Positions 27,929 through 36,271 of a stretch of 64,000 nt of DNA are shown one piece after another (position 1 is the stretch's first letter; the number at the start of each line of letters is the position of its first letter). Origin of the DNA: an uncultured Eubacteriales bacterium (lineage in GTDB: Bacteria > Acidobacteriota > Aminicenantia > Aminicenantales > Aminicenantaceae); assembly GCA_964410125.1 (NCBI GenBank), contig CAYPGQ010000012.1, forward strand, positions 69 through 64,068, in the 5' to 3' direction. The position numbers and the translations under genes are program-made. The notes under the pieces were generated by a model. The model had not been told where the DNA came from, made no database searches, and saw only the letters and a list, made by a program, of their open reading frames with translations.

Positions 27929-27948
27929 GCCGACGTTATGCTGTCGGC
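27929..27948 (-). other. Hairpin in the 5' leader of the ECF sigma gene
   Basis: GCCGAC-N8-GTCGGC (6-bp stem) lies between the promoter and the RBS. T-runs flank it on the + strand, so it looks like a terminator only for the strand that has no gene here. Confidence 0.4.
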
Positions 27949-27973
27949 CGTTTTTCAGTGTTTGATGGTGCAA

Positions 27974-28001
27974 ATTATACATTTTCAATCAATCTTGTCA
28001 A
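27974..28001 (-). promoter_or_regulatory. Canonical sigma-70 promoter for the ECF/anti-sigma/CHAT operon
   Basis: On the minus strand the sequence reads TTGACA (28001-27996), a 16-nt spacer, then TATAAT (27979-27974). It lies 60 nt upstream of the TTG start at 27914. Confidence 0.6.
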
Positions 28002-28070
28002 TTGATTTATACTTCCGGTATTTCTTTCACTACTGTTCATAAAATGTAAGGGAACTGGGTATCTCTACTA

Positions 28071-29051
28071 CTATAATTTTGTCCTTATGAATAAAACCTC
28101 GAATTTAATATCCATGGAACCCTGCGAGGAAAAGATGGCATCGTATGTTACACCCTTTTTTTTCTTGTTGTATTGCATCTCAACACAAATATTATACCAG
28201 TCAGTGGCCCATGCATCATCTCCAATCCCTTGCCCAATGGTATAATCATAAAAAGGATTTTTTTCCATTCCAACGACAACTTTCCAAATATCCATATTTT
28301 CATAATCTTCCTGAATTCTTTCGAAATATCCATAGTCGCTGAGTTCGCCGTCGCTACCACCAAATTGAATAAAACTGTATTCAAAAAGGCCTAAATCTTC
28401 GCATGTAACGGGTTTGAATGCTAATGGCGCTGGACCTGAAATATTTGTGAGAAAATCCAGATATCCATGATAATTATTCGACCATTGTTCGAAATGGACT
28501 TCCTCTTGGATAGCTGAGCGATCTGTGTAAAACCTGAAATATACTTTGTCATAGCTTGGATGAGGATGATAGGATTCTCGCATGAAATAAAACATACTGT
28601 TAGGATCATCTTCAATATATCCTCCAGGGTAAATACACATTGCATTCGGCGTATTATCGTAAAAATGAGCGCCATGAGGAATGAAGTCAAAATCGATCTG
28701 AATAGGATTAAATACCTCAAAAGAAAAACGTGTCTGATAGTTACCATCAAACGGGAAGTGGCGAGTCTCGACCTCAACATTGACATTTGGCTCTGAGTCA
28801 TCATAAACCCAACCTAACCAATTTTCATCGTATCGATCAGGATCGCCTGCTGTGCCTTTAAGTCCCAATCCTGCCCCATCCAGTATGACTACACTCCATA
28901 CGTATTTTCCGCCTTTATCCTGACCTGGTGGTTTGTCCGGTTTGCCTAATGTTTTTACTTGGCCTTGAACAAAGTCAAGACCAACAAAAACAAAGGCAAA
29001 TGCGAGAATGACCACCAATCCAAAAAGTTTTAAACCATGGAATTTTTTCAT
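28071..29051 (-). CDS. Exported protein of unknown function
   Basis: 326 aa with a GGAG RBS and a signal or anchor (LFGLVVILAFAFVFVGL). It is rich in aromatic and acidic residues. I recognise no motif. Confidence 0.7.
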   Translation of the reverse strand: MKKFHGLKLFGLVVILAFAFVFVGLDFVQGQVKTLGKPDKPPGQDKGGKYVWSVVILDGAGLGLKGTAGDPDRYDENWLGWVYDDSEPNVNVEVETRHFPFDGNYQTRFSFEVFNPIQIDFDFIPHGAHFYDNTPNAMCIYPGGYIEDDPNSMFYFMRESYHPHPSYDKVYFRFYTDRSAIQEEVHFEQWSNNYHGYLDFLTNISGPAPLAFKPVTCEDLGLFEYSFIQFGGSDGELSDYGYFERIQEDYENMDIWKVVVGMEKNPFYDYTIGQGIGDDAWATDWYNICVEMQYNKKKKGVTYDAIFSSQGSMDIKFEVLFIRTKL

Positions 29052-29081
29052 AATGCTCTCCTTATTAAAAATTTTTCCCTT

Positions 29082-30944
29082 CTACCATACACAGATTACC
29101 ATTTCATCGTATGTAGACGGATATCCTGACTTGGAGGCCCATACCCTTATGAGGTAATCCCCTGTCCCGTCAGGTTTCTTTGTTTTAAACCTAAATTCGG
29201 CCACACCTTCCCCGTTGGTCGTTTCGTCGCGCAAGTAATATCTACCGGAAGCGGCATTCAATTCTACATGAATATCAGCACCAGGAACTGTCATGCCATC
29301 TGCATCCAAAACCCTCACTTGAACGTTGATGGTATCGCCAACCGTATAGCAGTCATCGGGAGGGATTTTGACGTTTTCAATAAGGACTAATAAGGATCCT
29401 GTACGCTCAACGACCCAAAAAGTTTCATCATCAATTCCAGTTAGATTTCGTGTATCAGTTACAGTTACCTCAGCCCGATATAATATTTCCGAATATTCTC
29501 CTGTTGCCAGGCCTTCAAATAAAAGTTCTCCGGTGTAAGTCCCTGCTGTTCCGGTTTCGATGAATGCCACGGGTCTGTAAATTGGAGTTTGACCAGGATC
29601 ATCCATATCGTAAAGATTGGTCTCAAAGGCAGTCGGAGGCAGGAAAGATATAGGATTGCCATTCTGATCGCTGACTACTGCAGTCAGGACAGCTATTTCA
29701 TCTATGTCATATCCATATTTATCCCGGCTCAGTTCAAAATTGACTGCTGGTTCCGGAGGTGCGACTGCTTTTTCTGCATCCACCATGCCATTGCCTTGCT
29801 GTTCTTCTGAGAGATTATACTCGTTATCCAACCATTCCGCTGTCCTGTTGAGTTGGTATCTCACTGCAGAGCCACTGATGTAATATCCGGTTGCCCAGGC
29901 CAGTGCTGCTACCCCTGCGACGTGCGGACAGGCCATAGAAGTTCCATCCATGAAGGTATAGCCGCCGTTTCTATAAGTGGAGTAAATGTCTACCCCAGGG
30001 GCAGTAAGTTCGACTGAAGGGCCATCGCTGCTGAATTCGGCAATATTATTGTATTGATCAATGGCTGACACAGCGACGACAGATGGGTGATCAGCGGGAG
30101 AGGTAACACCACCGCCCCAATTGTTCCCAGCCGCAGATACAAGGAGGAGCCCTGCAGCATAGGCCGCGTCACATGCATCTGTGACACCTTCACCATACAT
30201 TCTAAGGCTTATGGATACTATCTCAGCATCATCCGGAGTACCCCGGATTCCATCGGGGCCATCAACCGCCCATTCCAGGCCTGCGATAAAATCGCTCGCC
30301 TTTCCTCTCCCTCTATTATCCAGCACTTTCACACCGTAGAGCCATGCGTCTGGTGCAACTCCAACTACACCAAAGCCGTTATCATCGGCGGCAACGATGC
30401 CAGCACAGTGTGAGCCATGACCGTGATCATCATCCCAGGCATCAGGATCAGTTCCCTTATTCTTGCCCTTCCCGGAGACAAAATTCACCCCGTCGACGAT
30501 ATTGGCTATCAGATCAGGATGGTCCTTGTTGATGCCAGTATCGATGATAACAACATGGATACCGGCACCCTTGTTGTAAGGAGAATAATTCCATACCATC
30601 TCTGCATCTATACGGTCGACACCCCAACTGTCTGATAACTCATCAGCAAGGAAGATATCGCCATCTTCCTCCACATAGGTAACATTCGGATTGTGTCTCA
30701 GCCCTTTGATTGCAGTCGAGGGGACAGATGCAGCGATGACCGGAATAAGGTGGTAGGCATATTTGATCTTCCCTCCAGTTTTCTCCACCTGAGCTTTTTC
30801 AGACTTGCCCGGAAATTTCTTGAAACCTATCAGGACGTCCTCATGGCCGACTCCTTGAGCTCGGGCGACATCCTCAGTAAAGATGCCAAGTGCTGAGATT
30901 GCAAACAGGAGAAATAAAGATGTCAACAAAAATTTCTTCCTCAT
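29082..30944 (-). CDS. Secreted subtilisin-like serine protease (peptidase S8) with propeptide and C-terminal Ig-like region
   Basis: The track start is 30992. ATG 30944 (MRKKFLLTSLF) follows AAGGAGG. The catalytic triad contexts are VVIIDTGI (Asp), HGHGSHCAGI (His) and GTSMACPHVAG (Ser). Confidence 0.9.
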   Translation of the reverse strand: MRKKFLLTSLFLLFAISALGIFTEDVARAQGVGHEDVLIGFKKFPGKSEKAQVEKTGGKIKYAYHLIPVIAASVPSTAIKGLRHNPNVTYVEEDGDIFLADELSDSWGVDRIDAEMVWNYSPYNKGAGIHVVIIDTGINKDHPDLIANIVDGVNFVSGKGKNKGTDPDAWDDDHGHGSHCAGIVAADDNGFGVVGVAPDAWLYGVKVLDNRGRGKASDFIAGLEWAVDGPDGIRGTPDDAEIVSISLRMYGEGVTDACDAAYAAGLLLVSAAGNNWGGGVTSPADHPSVVAVSAIDQYNNIAEFSSDGPSVELTAPGVDIYSTYRNGGYTFMDGTSMACPHVAGVAALAWATGYYISGSAVRYQLNRTAEWLDNEYNLSEEQQGNGMVDAEKAVAPPEPAVNFELSRDKYGYDIDEIAVLTAVVSDQNGNPISFLPPTAFETNLYDMDDPGQTPIYRPVAFIETGTAGTYTGELLFEGLATGEYSEILYRAEVTVTDTRNLTGIDDETFWVVERTGSLLVLIENVKIPPDDCYTVGDTINVQVRVLDADGMTVPGADIHVELNAASGRYYLRDETTNGEGVAEFRFKTKKPDGTGDYLIRVWASKSGYPSTYDEMVICVW

Positions 30945-31046
30945 ATTTTTTCCTCCTTCGAAAATGTGTAAAGGAATATAAATCTCCTTCACTTATATAT
31001 ATTGCTGCTGTGGCAATTTTCTTCCCGTTATGGACTCTTCAGACAA

Positions 31047-33215
31047 TCATTGGTTATGGGGGACAGTAACAGTAGCACTGACAGTGAAAGTGTTCCCTGC
31101 ATCATCTGTTGCTGTATAAGTTATTTGGTATACTCTACCATCTCCTCTTCCCGATCTTTCAGCTCTTAAGTAAATATTGCCGTCCTCATCAAACTGGATA
31201 TCATCAAAGGTATGTCCATCACCCTCCCATGAATCATAAGTAGGATCGTAAGTGTTCGTTTCCTCTCCTTCATTCATTATTATTGAACTCAACCTCACGT
31301 CCGGAGCAGGATCACAGTTATCACTGGCAACAATGGTTGGGGTAATAAGAACCATCTTATGATTTGGCGGCCATAAAATATTCGGACTGACAGTAACGCT
31401 TAGCAGAGGTGGAGTCACATCCTGAACGATTACGGTTTGAGTTTGAGTTATTGCGTTGCCATTTCCGTCATCATAAGTCCAAGTTACTGTGTGAGTGCCT
31501 TGTTCCCCATAAATAAGGAGATCAGAAGTTGTGCCTGATATAGTCCCTGCACAATTATCTGTTGCAGTTGGGGTTGATGTTATCTCTGCAAAACACTCAC
31601 CGGTTACTGTAGGCAACTCCAGTACATCAGGTATTGGAGGTATGCTATCAACTACGGTTACGACGGCTTGGCATGTGTCTGATTCTTCAGAATCATCTGT
31701 TACAGTTAGAGTTACATAATGTTCGCCTACAATAAACGGACCTGGGGGATCAATCGAAAGAGTAATGGGATCATCATCTGGATCGTATGATCCTCCATCG
31801 ACATCCGCTGCGGTTATGTTTGCCTCACAGCTTCCATCTACGGGAACTTCAATATCCTGACAGATGACAACAGGAGGCTGATTAACAATTTTGCATTTAC
31901 CCGCACTCCCTGCTTGATAGATGGCCTGGATTTCGCCTTCCGAAAGCGCTCTGTTAAAGATTCCAACCTCGTCGATAAGACCAGGAAAATACCACTGTGG
32001 ATTCGTGGCATAGAGGTTTTTAAAGGCCCCAATAAGCACAGGTGACTCAGAAATGTGGATTCCGTTTGGCCTGTACCTCGAAGCAACCTCATAACCATTT
32101 TTGTATAGCTTATTCGTACCTGTAAGCGAATCATATGTCATGGCTACATGACTCCAAGTATTGCTAGGAATTTTTCCACCTATGAGCCCGTGATCAGGAG
32201 TGTTGCCGTCGCCAATCCCGCCAATAATTTTAATAACTCCGCCTATTTTTTTTATGGAAATTACATAGGAATCCGTGGATACGGTCTGTGGCCATTTTGA
32301 CAAAATGGTTGAAACCTGTCCTTCTCCTATTTCTTGTGGATATATCCATGAATCGATTGTAATATCCTCTGAAATTTTTAGATTCATAGGATCGCCAACA
32401 AAGATATAATCATTAACACCATCGAGGCTGAAGGTTTGATCAACCATCCCATCAGCAAAGGTTGCTCCAGACATCTCCATCCCATGATTTTCACCAACGA
32501 TATCCTCTGCATTTCCATCCCCAGGCCACCAGCTTACCATGTCAGTCGGTGGGGGAATACACTCCACTTCATAGCCCATGCCATTCAAGCCATTTACGTA
32601 ATGCTGCAGGATTTCTGTTGGTGTAAGAGTCCTGTCATATATTGCTACTTCGTCGATAAGCCCATTGAAATACTCATGATAGGGGGGGCCGCCGATATAC
32701 AAAATTTCTGTGGGTGTTAAACCTCCCATTGTGCTAGGTATTTCTAAAACACCATCGATGTAAACACCTACACCATCAACTATAGCAACATGATGCCAAC
32801 TATTTAGTATAATGGGAGAACCGAATGCGCTTTGACATCTTTCCCAATATCCTCGATGGATGCCGAAGCATGCATGAGATAATTCACCTCGAAATACTTT
32901 TTGAGTTTTATTTTGTCTTACATATATCCAGCCTTCTAAACTCATCTGAGAAAAATCTATGCTCATAGCTGGTATCTCAACAAAATCATTAAATCCATCA
33001 AAACTCAAAGCCCCTCCAACCAAGCCGTTTGTCCTTGTTGGCCCGTTAATTAAAATTCCATGATTATCTCCAACTGAGTCATAAGCAATCACTCCTTCTG
33101 CCTCATCGAACTTCCAATAGGCAATCATTCCCCCAGGGTAGAACTGAGAAAATACAAAGGAAACAAAGACGATGCAGACGATTAGAAGCATTCCAAAAAA
33201 AAGTCTTTTTTTCAT
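31047..33215 (-). CDS. Secreted protein with two LamG-like (concanavalin-A-like) domains and HYR/Ig-like repeats
   Basis: 722 aa with a signal peptide. The LamG_3-type endings GLIDEVAIYDRTLTPTEILQHY and GLIDEVGIFNRALSEGEIQAIY are present. Cys-containing repeats then follow (PPVVICQDIEVP..., ATDNCAGTISG..., ASDNCDPAPDV). Confidence 0.8.
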   Translation of the reverse strand: MKKRLFFGMLLIVCIVFVSFVFSQFYPGGMIAYWKFDEAEGVIAYDSVGDNHGILINGPTRTNGLVGGALSFDGFNDFVEIPAMSIDFSQMSLEGWIYVRQNKTQKVFRGELSHACFGIHRGYWERCQSAFGSPIILNSWHHVAIVDGVGVYIDGVLEIPSTMGGLTPTEILYIGGPPYHEYFNGLIDEVAIYDRTLTPTEILQHYVNGLNGMGYEVECIPPPTDMVSWWPGDGNAEDIVGENHGMEMSGATFADGMVDQTFSLDGVNDYIFVGDPMNLKISEDITIDSWIYPQEIGEGQVSTILSKWPQTVSTDSYVISIKKIGGVIKIIGGIGDGNTPDHGLIGGKIPSNTWSHVAMTYDSLTGTNKLYKNGYEVASRYRPNGIHISESPVLIGAFKNLYATNPQWYFPGLIDEVGIFNRALSEGEIQAIYQAGSAGKCKIVNQPPVVICQDIEVPVDGSCEANITAADVDGGSYDPDDDPITLSIDPPGPFIVGEHYVTLTVTDDSEESDTCQAVVTVVDSIPPIPDVLELPTVTGECFAEITSTPTATDNCAGTISGTTSDLLIYGEQGTHTVTWTYDDGNGNAITQTQTVIVQDVTPPLLSVTVSPNILWPPNHKMVLITPTIVASDNCDPAPDVRLSSIIMNEGEETNTYDPTYDSWEGDGHTFDDIQFDEDGNIYLRAERSGRGDGRVYQITYTATDDAGNTFTVSATVTVPHNQ

Positions 33216-33452
33216 GTTTTTTCCCCTTTTAAAATTAAATTTTGAATCGCTGATAATTGAAGTTTTTCAAATCCAAGGCAGCACCTCCTTTCAATAGTGA
33301 AGCCCTCTTTCAATACAATTTATTGTTGGAGTTAGGATTTCCTTCCCAAAAAAATCAGATAAAAGAAAAGTTTTTTTAAATAAAGAGAAGGGGAGTGACG
33401 TTTGTGGGGAAATTTTATAGAATCTTGGCATGAGTTAGATGAAGGAGAGGAA

Positions 33453-34565
33453 ATGACGTTGGAGAAAGGGACACATGAAGCCGGAAAAAGATTAGAATCG
33501 CTGGATGCGCTTCGGGGATTTGATATGTTTTGGATAATAGGAGGGGCATGGATATTCGGGAATCTCCATCAGATATTCAACAACCCAATCACAGGATTCA
33601 TCGATCGACAGCTTCAGCATGTACCATGGGTAGGATTCCAGTTCTGGGACCTGATCATGCCGCTCTTCCTTTTTATCGTGGGAGTGGCCATGCCCTTTTC
33701 CTTTGCCAAACGGCTGGCAAGAGGGAGCAGCCACAAAAAGCTCTATTTTCACATCATCATCCGTTTTTTCATTCTGTTTATCCTGGGGATAATTGCACAG
33801 GGCCATCTTCTGAGTTACGACCTTTCGAAATTGGCGATCTATTGCAACACCCTTCAGGCCATAGCGGCAGGTTATTTAATCGGTTCGATCCTCCTGTTGA
33901 ACCTCAATATCAAATGGCAGATAGGGGTGACTACGGGGCTGCTGCTTTTGTTTTGGGCCTTAATGGCATGGGTGCCGGTTCCTGGCTACGGGGCCGGACA
34001 GTTGACATCCGAGGGGAATCTGGCCATGTATCTTGATAAGCTGCTGCTTGGATCTTTTCAGGATGGGACTACTTACACATGGATTCTGAGCAGCCTGACT
34101 TTTGCCGGAACGGTTATGTTGGGTGTTTTCGGAGGGCTGTTGCTCCGGTCAAAAAAAACACAAATACAAAAAGTCTTGTGGCTTTTTGGGGCCGGAGTCC
34201 TATCCATTGGACTCGGACTGATCTGGAGCATCTGGTTTCCAATCATCAAACATCTGTGGACCAGCTCATTTGTGCTGTTTTCCGGAGGGCTCTGCTATCT
34301 TTTGTTGGGATTGTTTTATCTCATCATCGATGTCTGGGGTTATCGCAAATGGGCTTATGTGTTCAAGATCATCGGGATGAACGCGATTTTTGTGTACATG
34401 ATCACGCGCCTGTTCGATTTTCGCCGCATTGGCGATATTTTTGTCGGGGGATTGGCGGACCGCCTCGGTTCCTGGAACGGCCTTATTCAAGGGATGGCGG
34501 GATTTTTGGTCATCTGGCTGATTCTCTACTGGATGTACAAAGAGCGCACTTTTGTTAAGATTTAG
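33453..34565 (+). CDS. Membrane acyltransferase-like protein (DUF5009 / heparan-alpha-glucosaminide N-acetyltransferase-like)
   Basis: The track start is TTG 33402. ATG 33453 follows GAAGGAGAGG. The N-terminal RLESLDALRGFDMFWIIGG motif is followed by about 10 TM segments. Confidence 0.65.
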   Translation: MTLEKGTHEAGKRLESLDALRGFDMFWIIGGAWIFGNLHQIFNNPITGFIDRQLQHVPWVGFQFWDLIMPLFLFIVGVAMPFSFAKRLARGSSHKKLYFHIIIRFFILFILGIIAQGHLLSYDLSKLAIYCNTLQAIAAGYLIGSILLLNLNIKWQIGVTTGLLLLFWALMAWVPVPGYGAGQLTSEGNLAMYLDKLLLGSFQDGTTYTWILSSLTFAGTVMLGVFGGLLLRSKKTQIQKVLWLFGAGVLSIGLGLIWSIWFPIIKHLWTSSFVLFSGGLCYLLLGLFYLIIDVWGYRKWAYVFKIIGMNAIFVYMITRLFDFRRIGDIFVGGLADRLGSWNGLIQGMAGFLVIWLILYWMYKERTFVKI

Positions 34566-35013
34566 CCCCAGGTTTTAGTTTTCGAAAGATGGGAAGGTAG
34601 GTGAGAAACATCAAAAGGATGAGGTGAACATCCACGTATAAAAACAGCCTGATAATATCTTGGGGTGTAGAATGGCTGGGTCCAAGAACGACAAAAATCA
34701 TCACGATCAGTGTGATCAATATAATCAATACCAGCAAGAATATCCGGATGTGAAAAATGGATATAATTGGTTTGGGTGAGGATACAGCCAGGGCCATGAA
34801 CAGAAGAAAAGCAAGACTGAGCACAAGTGTGAGCAAATGAACGCTGCTGTAGGTGCTGTTGAATGGATTGGCATAGTGCCAAAAAACATCGAGAAACGCA
34901 TAATCACCGCTCACAGGACTTGGGCTTCTCATTTGGTATGCTAAAATTCCAATCAGGGAACAACTGATCGGAATATACAGGATAAGCAGTAACAGGATCT
35001 TGACTGATCTCAT
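34555..35013 (-). CDS. Small polytopic membrane protein, unknown function
   Basis: 152-aa hydrophobic ORF, convergent with the previous gene and overlapping it by 11 nt. Confidence 0.5.
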   Translation of the reverse strand: MRSVKILLLLILYIPISCSLIGILAYQMRSPSPVSGDYAFLDVFWHYANPFNSTYSSVHLLTLVLSLAFLLFMALAVSSPKPIISIFHIRIFLLVLIILITLIVMIFVVLGPSHSTPQDIIRLFLYVDVHLILLMFLTYLPIFRKLKPGAKS

Positions 35014-35084
35014 TTTCCCTCTCCAGCGTCTTTATTGTATACAACCCGGATCTGCGATACAAGGTTGCAAGAGCCTTGATTTTA

Positions 35085-35143
35085 TAACTGCAGGTTATAA
35101 AAATGGCAAAAAACGGGAATTGACTAACTGTAGGTTATAAAAA
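35085..35143. repeat. 19-nt direct repeat (1 mismatch) spaced 40 nt apart
   Basis: TAACTGCAGGTTATAAAAA (35085-35103) and TAACTGTAGGTTATAAAAA (35125-35143). The first copy lies inside the inverted repeat TTATAAC-tgcag-GTTATAA (35082-35100). The second copy overlaps the stop codon of the NAD-kinase-like gene. Confidence 0.7.
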
Positions 35144-36271
35144 GCTGACTTTGTAGATGATGGCTTCGCGGAAGCCGGTTATAATTCGGTAATGGCCGCT
35201 TAAGGTCTGGTCCAAGGCATTGTCTCCTGTATCCACGAGCAATGGCCGGCTATGAAAGGAATGAATCTTTTGTTTCGTGGCGACAACGATGATATTGTCT
35301 TTGCCGATCTGCTCGATGACTTCGGGACTGATCTGCTGATTGCCTCGCCCCAGCAGAAATCCCTGACCGCCGATGGGTGTCAGAATCAATTTTGTCGACT
35401 TCCCTGAAATCTTTTCAAGGATCTGGGCTTCGTTCATATCTTTGCCCAAAAGATTCTCCTGCCACACCAGGTCGACACCCAATAATGAATATTCTAATCC
35501 CAGTCTTTGCATGATGGTGCCGGTCGTCGTGCCAGGGCCAACAAGATAATAAAATTCATCCGACATATCCCCCGTCACTTCTGCGGCAATAGCTTCTTGG
35601 CTGTATTTTTCGTTCCCTGTGCTCCCGGCTTTTGTACGCTGGAGAAAACGCTCGACATGAGGAATCCGAAGATACCCATACAACCGGGCGGATACGATTT
35701 CTCTCCGCAATTCTTCCTCATCCACATCCATCACTTCGGCTTCCACGGTTCTCTGGACCGATTTCTGTAGGTACAGCGATGCAAGCTCTCCTGCCCTTAC
35801 AGGATGGGAGGCAAAAACGCCGGAATGGATTTTCACGCCAGCCGGGATGCCCAAACAAACCAGAGATGTTCCGACAGCACTGCATATGTCTCGCGCCGTT
35901 CCATCACCCCCGGCAAACAACAGCAGGTCCACATTTTTATCCAGCATGGCCTGGGCTGCATACACTGTGTCCTTTTCGGTCGTGACATCTCCCAAATCAG
36001 CCTTTATTACCTCAGACATAAATCCATATTCCAGAGCAATGTCTTCTCCCATCGGGGAAGGATAGGTGATCAGTTCTATTTCATTCTTGAGGCGCAAAAG
36101 AGGCTTAAATGCCCTCTTTGCCCTTTCTTCCGCCCAAGGCTGTGCACCAAGGGCGATCGCTTTTTCCAGGATTTCCTGTCCATCGGTTCCTTTTAATCCG
36201 ACCCGTCCTCCCATTCCGGCGATCGGATTGACGAGAAATCCCAGTTTTTTCCTTTCCAATGCCCTTTTCAC
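35135..36271 (-). CDS. ATP-NAD kinase family protein
   Basis: GGDGT motif (LLFAGGDGTARD) and an N-terminal LGFLVNPIAGMGGRVGLKGTDG segment. The track start ATG 36319 overlaps gcvPB by 52 nt. I prefer GTG 36271, which overlaps the gcvPB stop as GTGA and follows AAGGGAGA. Confidence 0.75.
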   Translation of the reverse strand: MKRALERKKLGFLVNPIAGMGGRVGLKGTDGQEILEKAIALGAQPWAEERAKRAFKPLLRLKNEIELITYPSPMGEDIALEYGFMSEVIKADLGDVTTEKDTVYAAQAMLDKNVDLLLFAGGDGTARDICSAVGTSLVCLGIPAGVKIHSGVFASHPVRAGELASLYLQKSVQRTVEAEVMDVDEEELRREIVSARLYGYLRIPHVERFLQRTKAGSTGNEKYSQEAIAAEVTGDMSDEFYYLVGPGTTTGTIMQRLGLEYSLLGVDLVWQENLLGKDMNEAQILEKISGKSTKLILTPIGGQGFLLGRGNQQISPEVIEQIGKDNIIVVATKQKIHSFHSRPLLVDTGDNALDQTLSGHYRIITGFREAIIYKVSFL

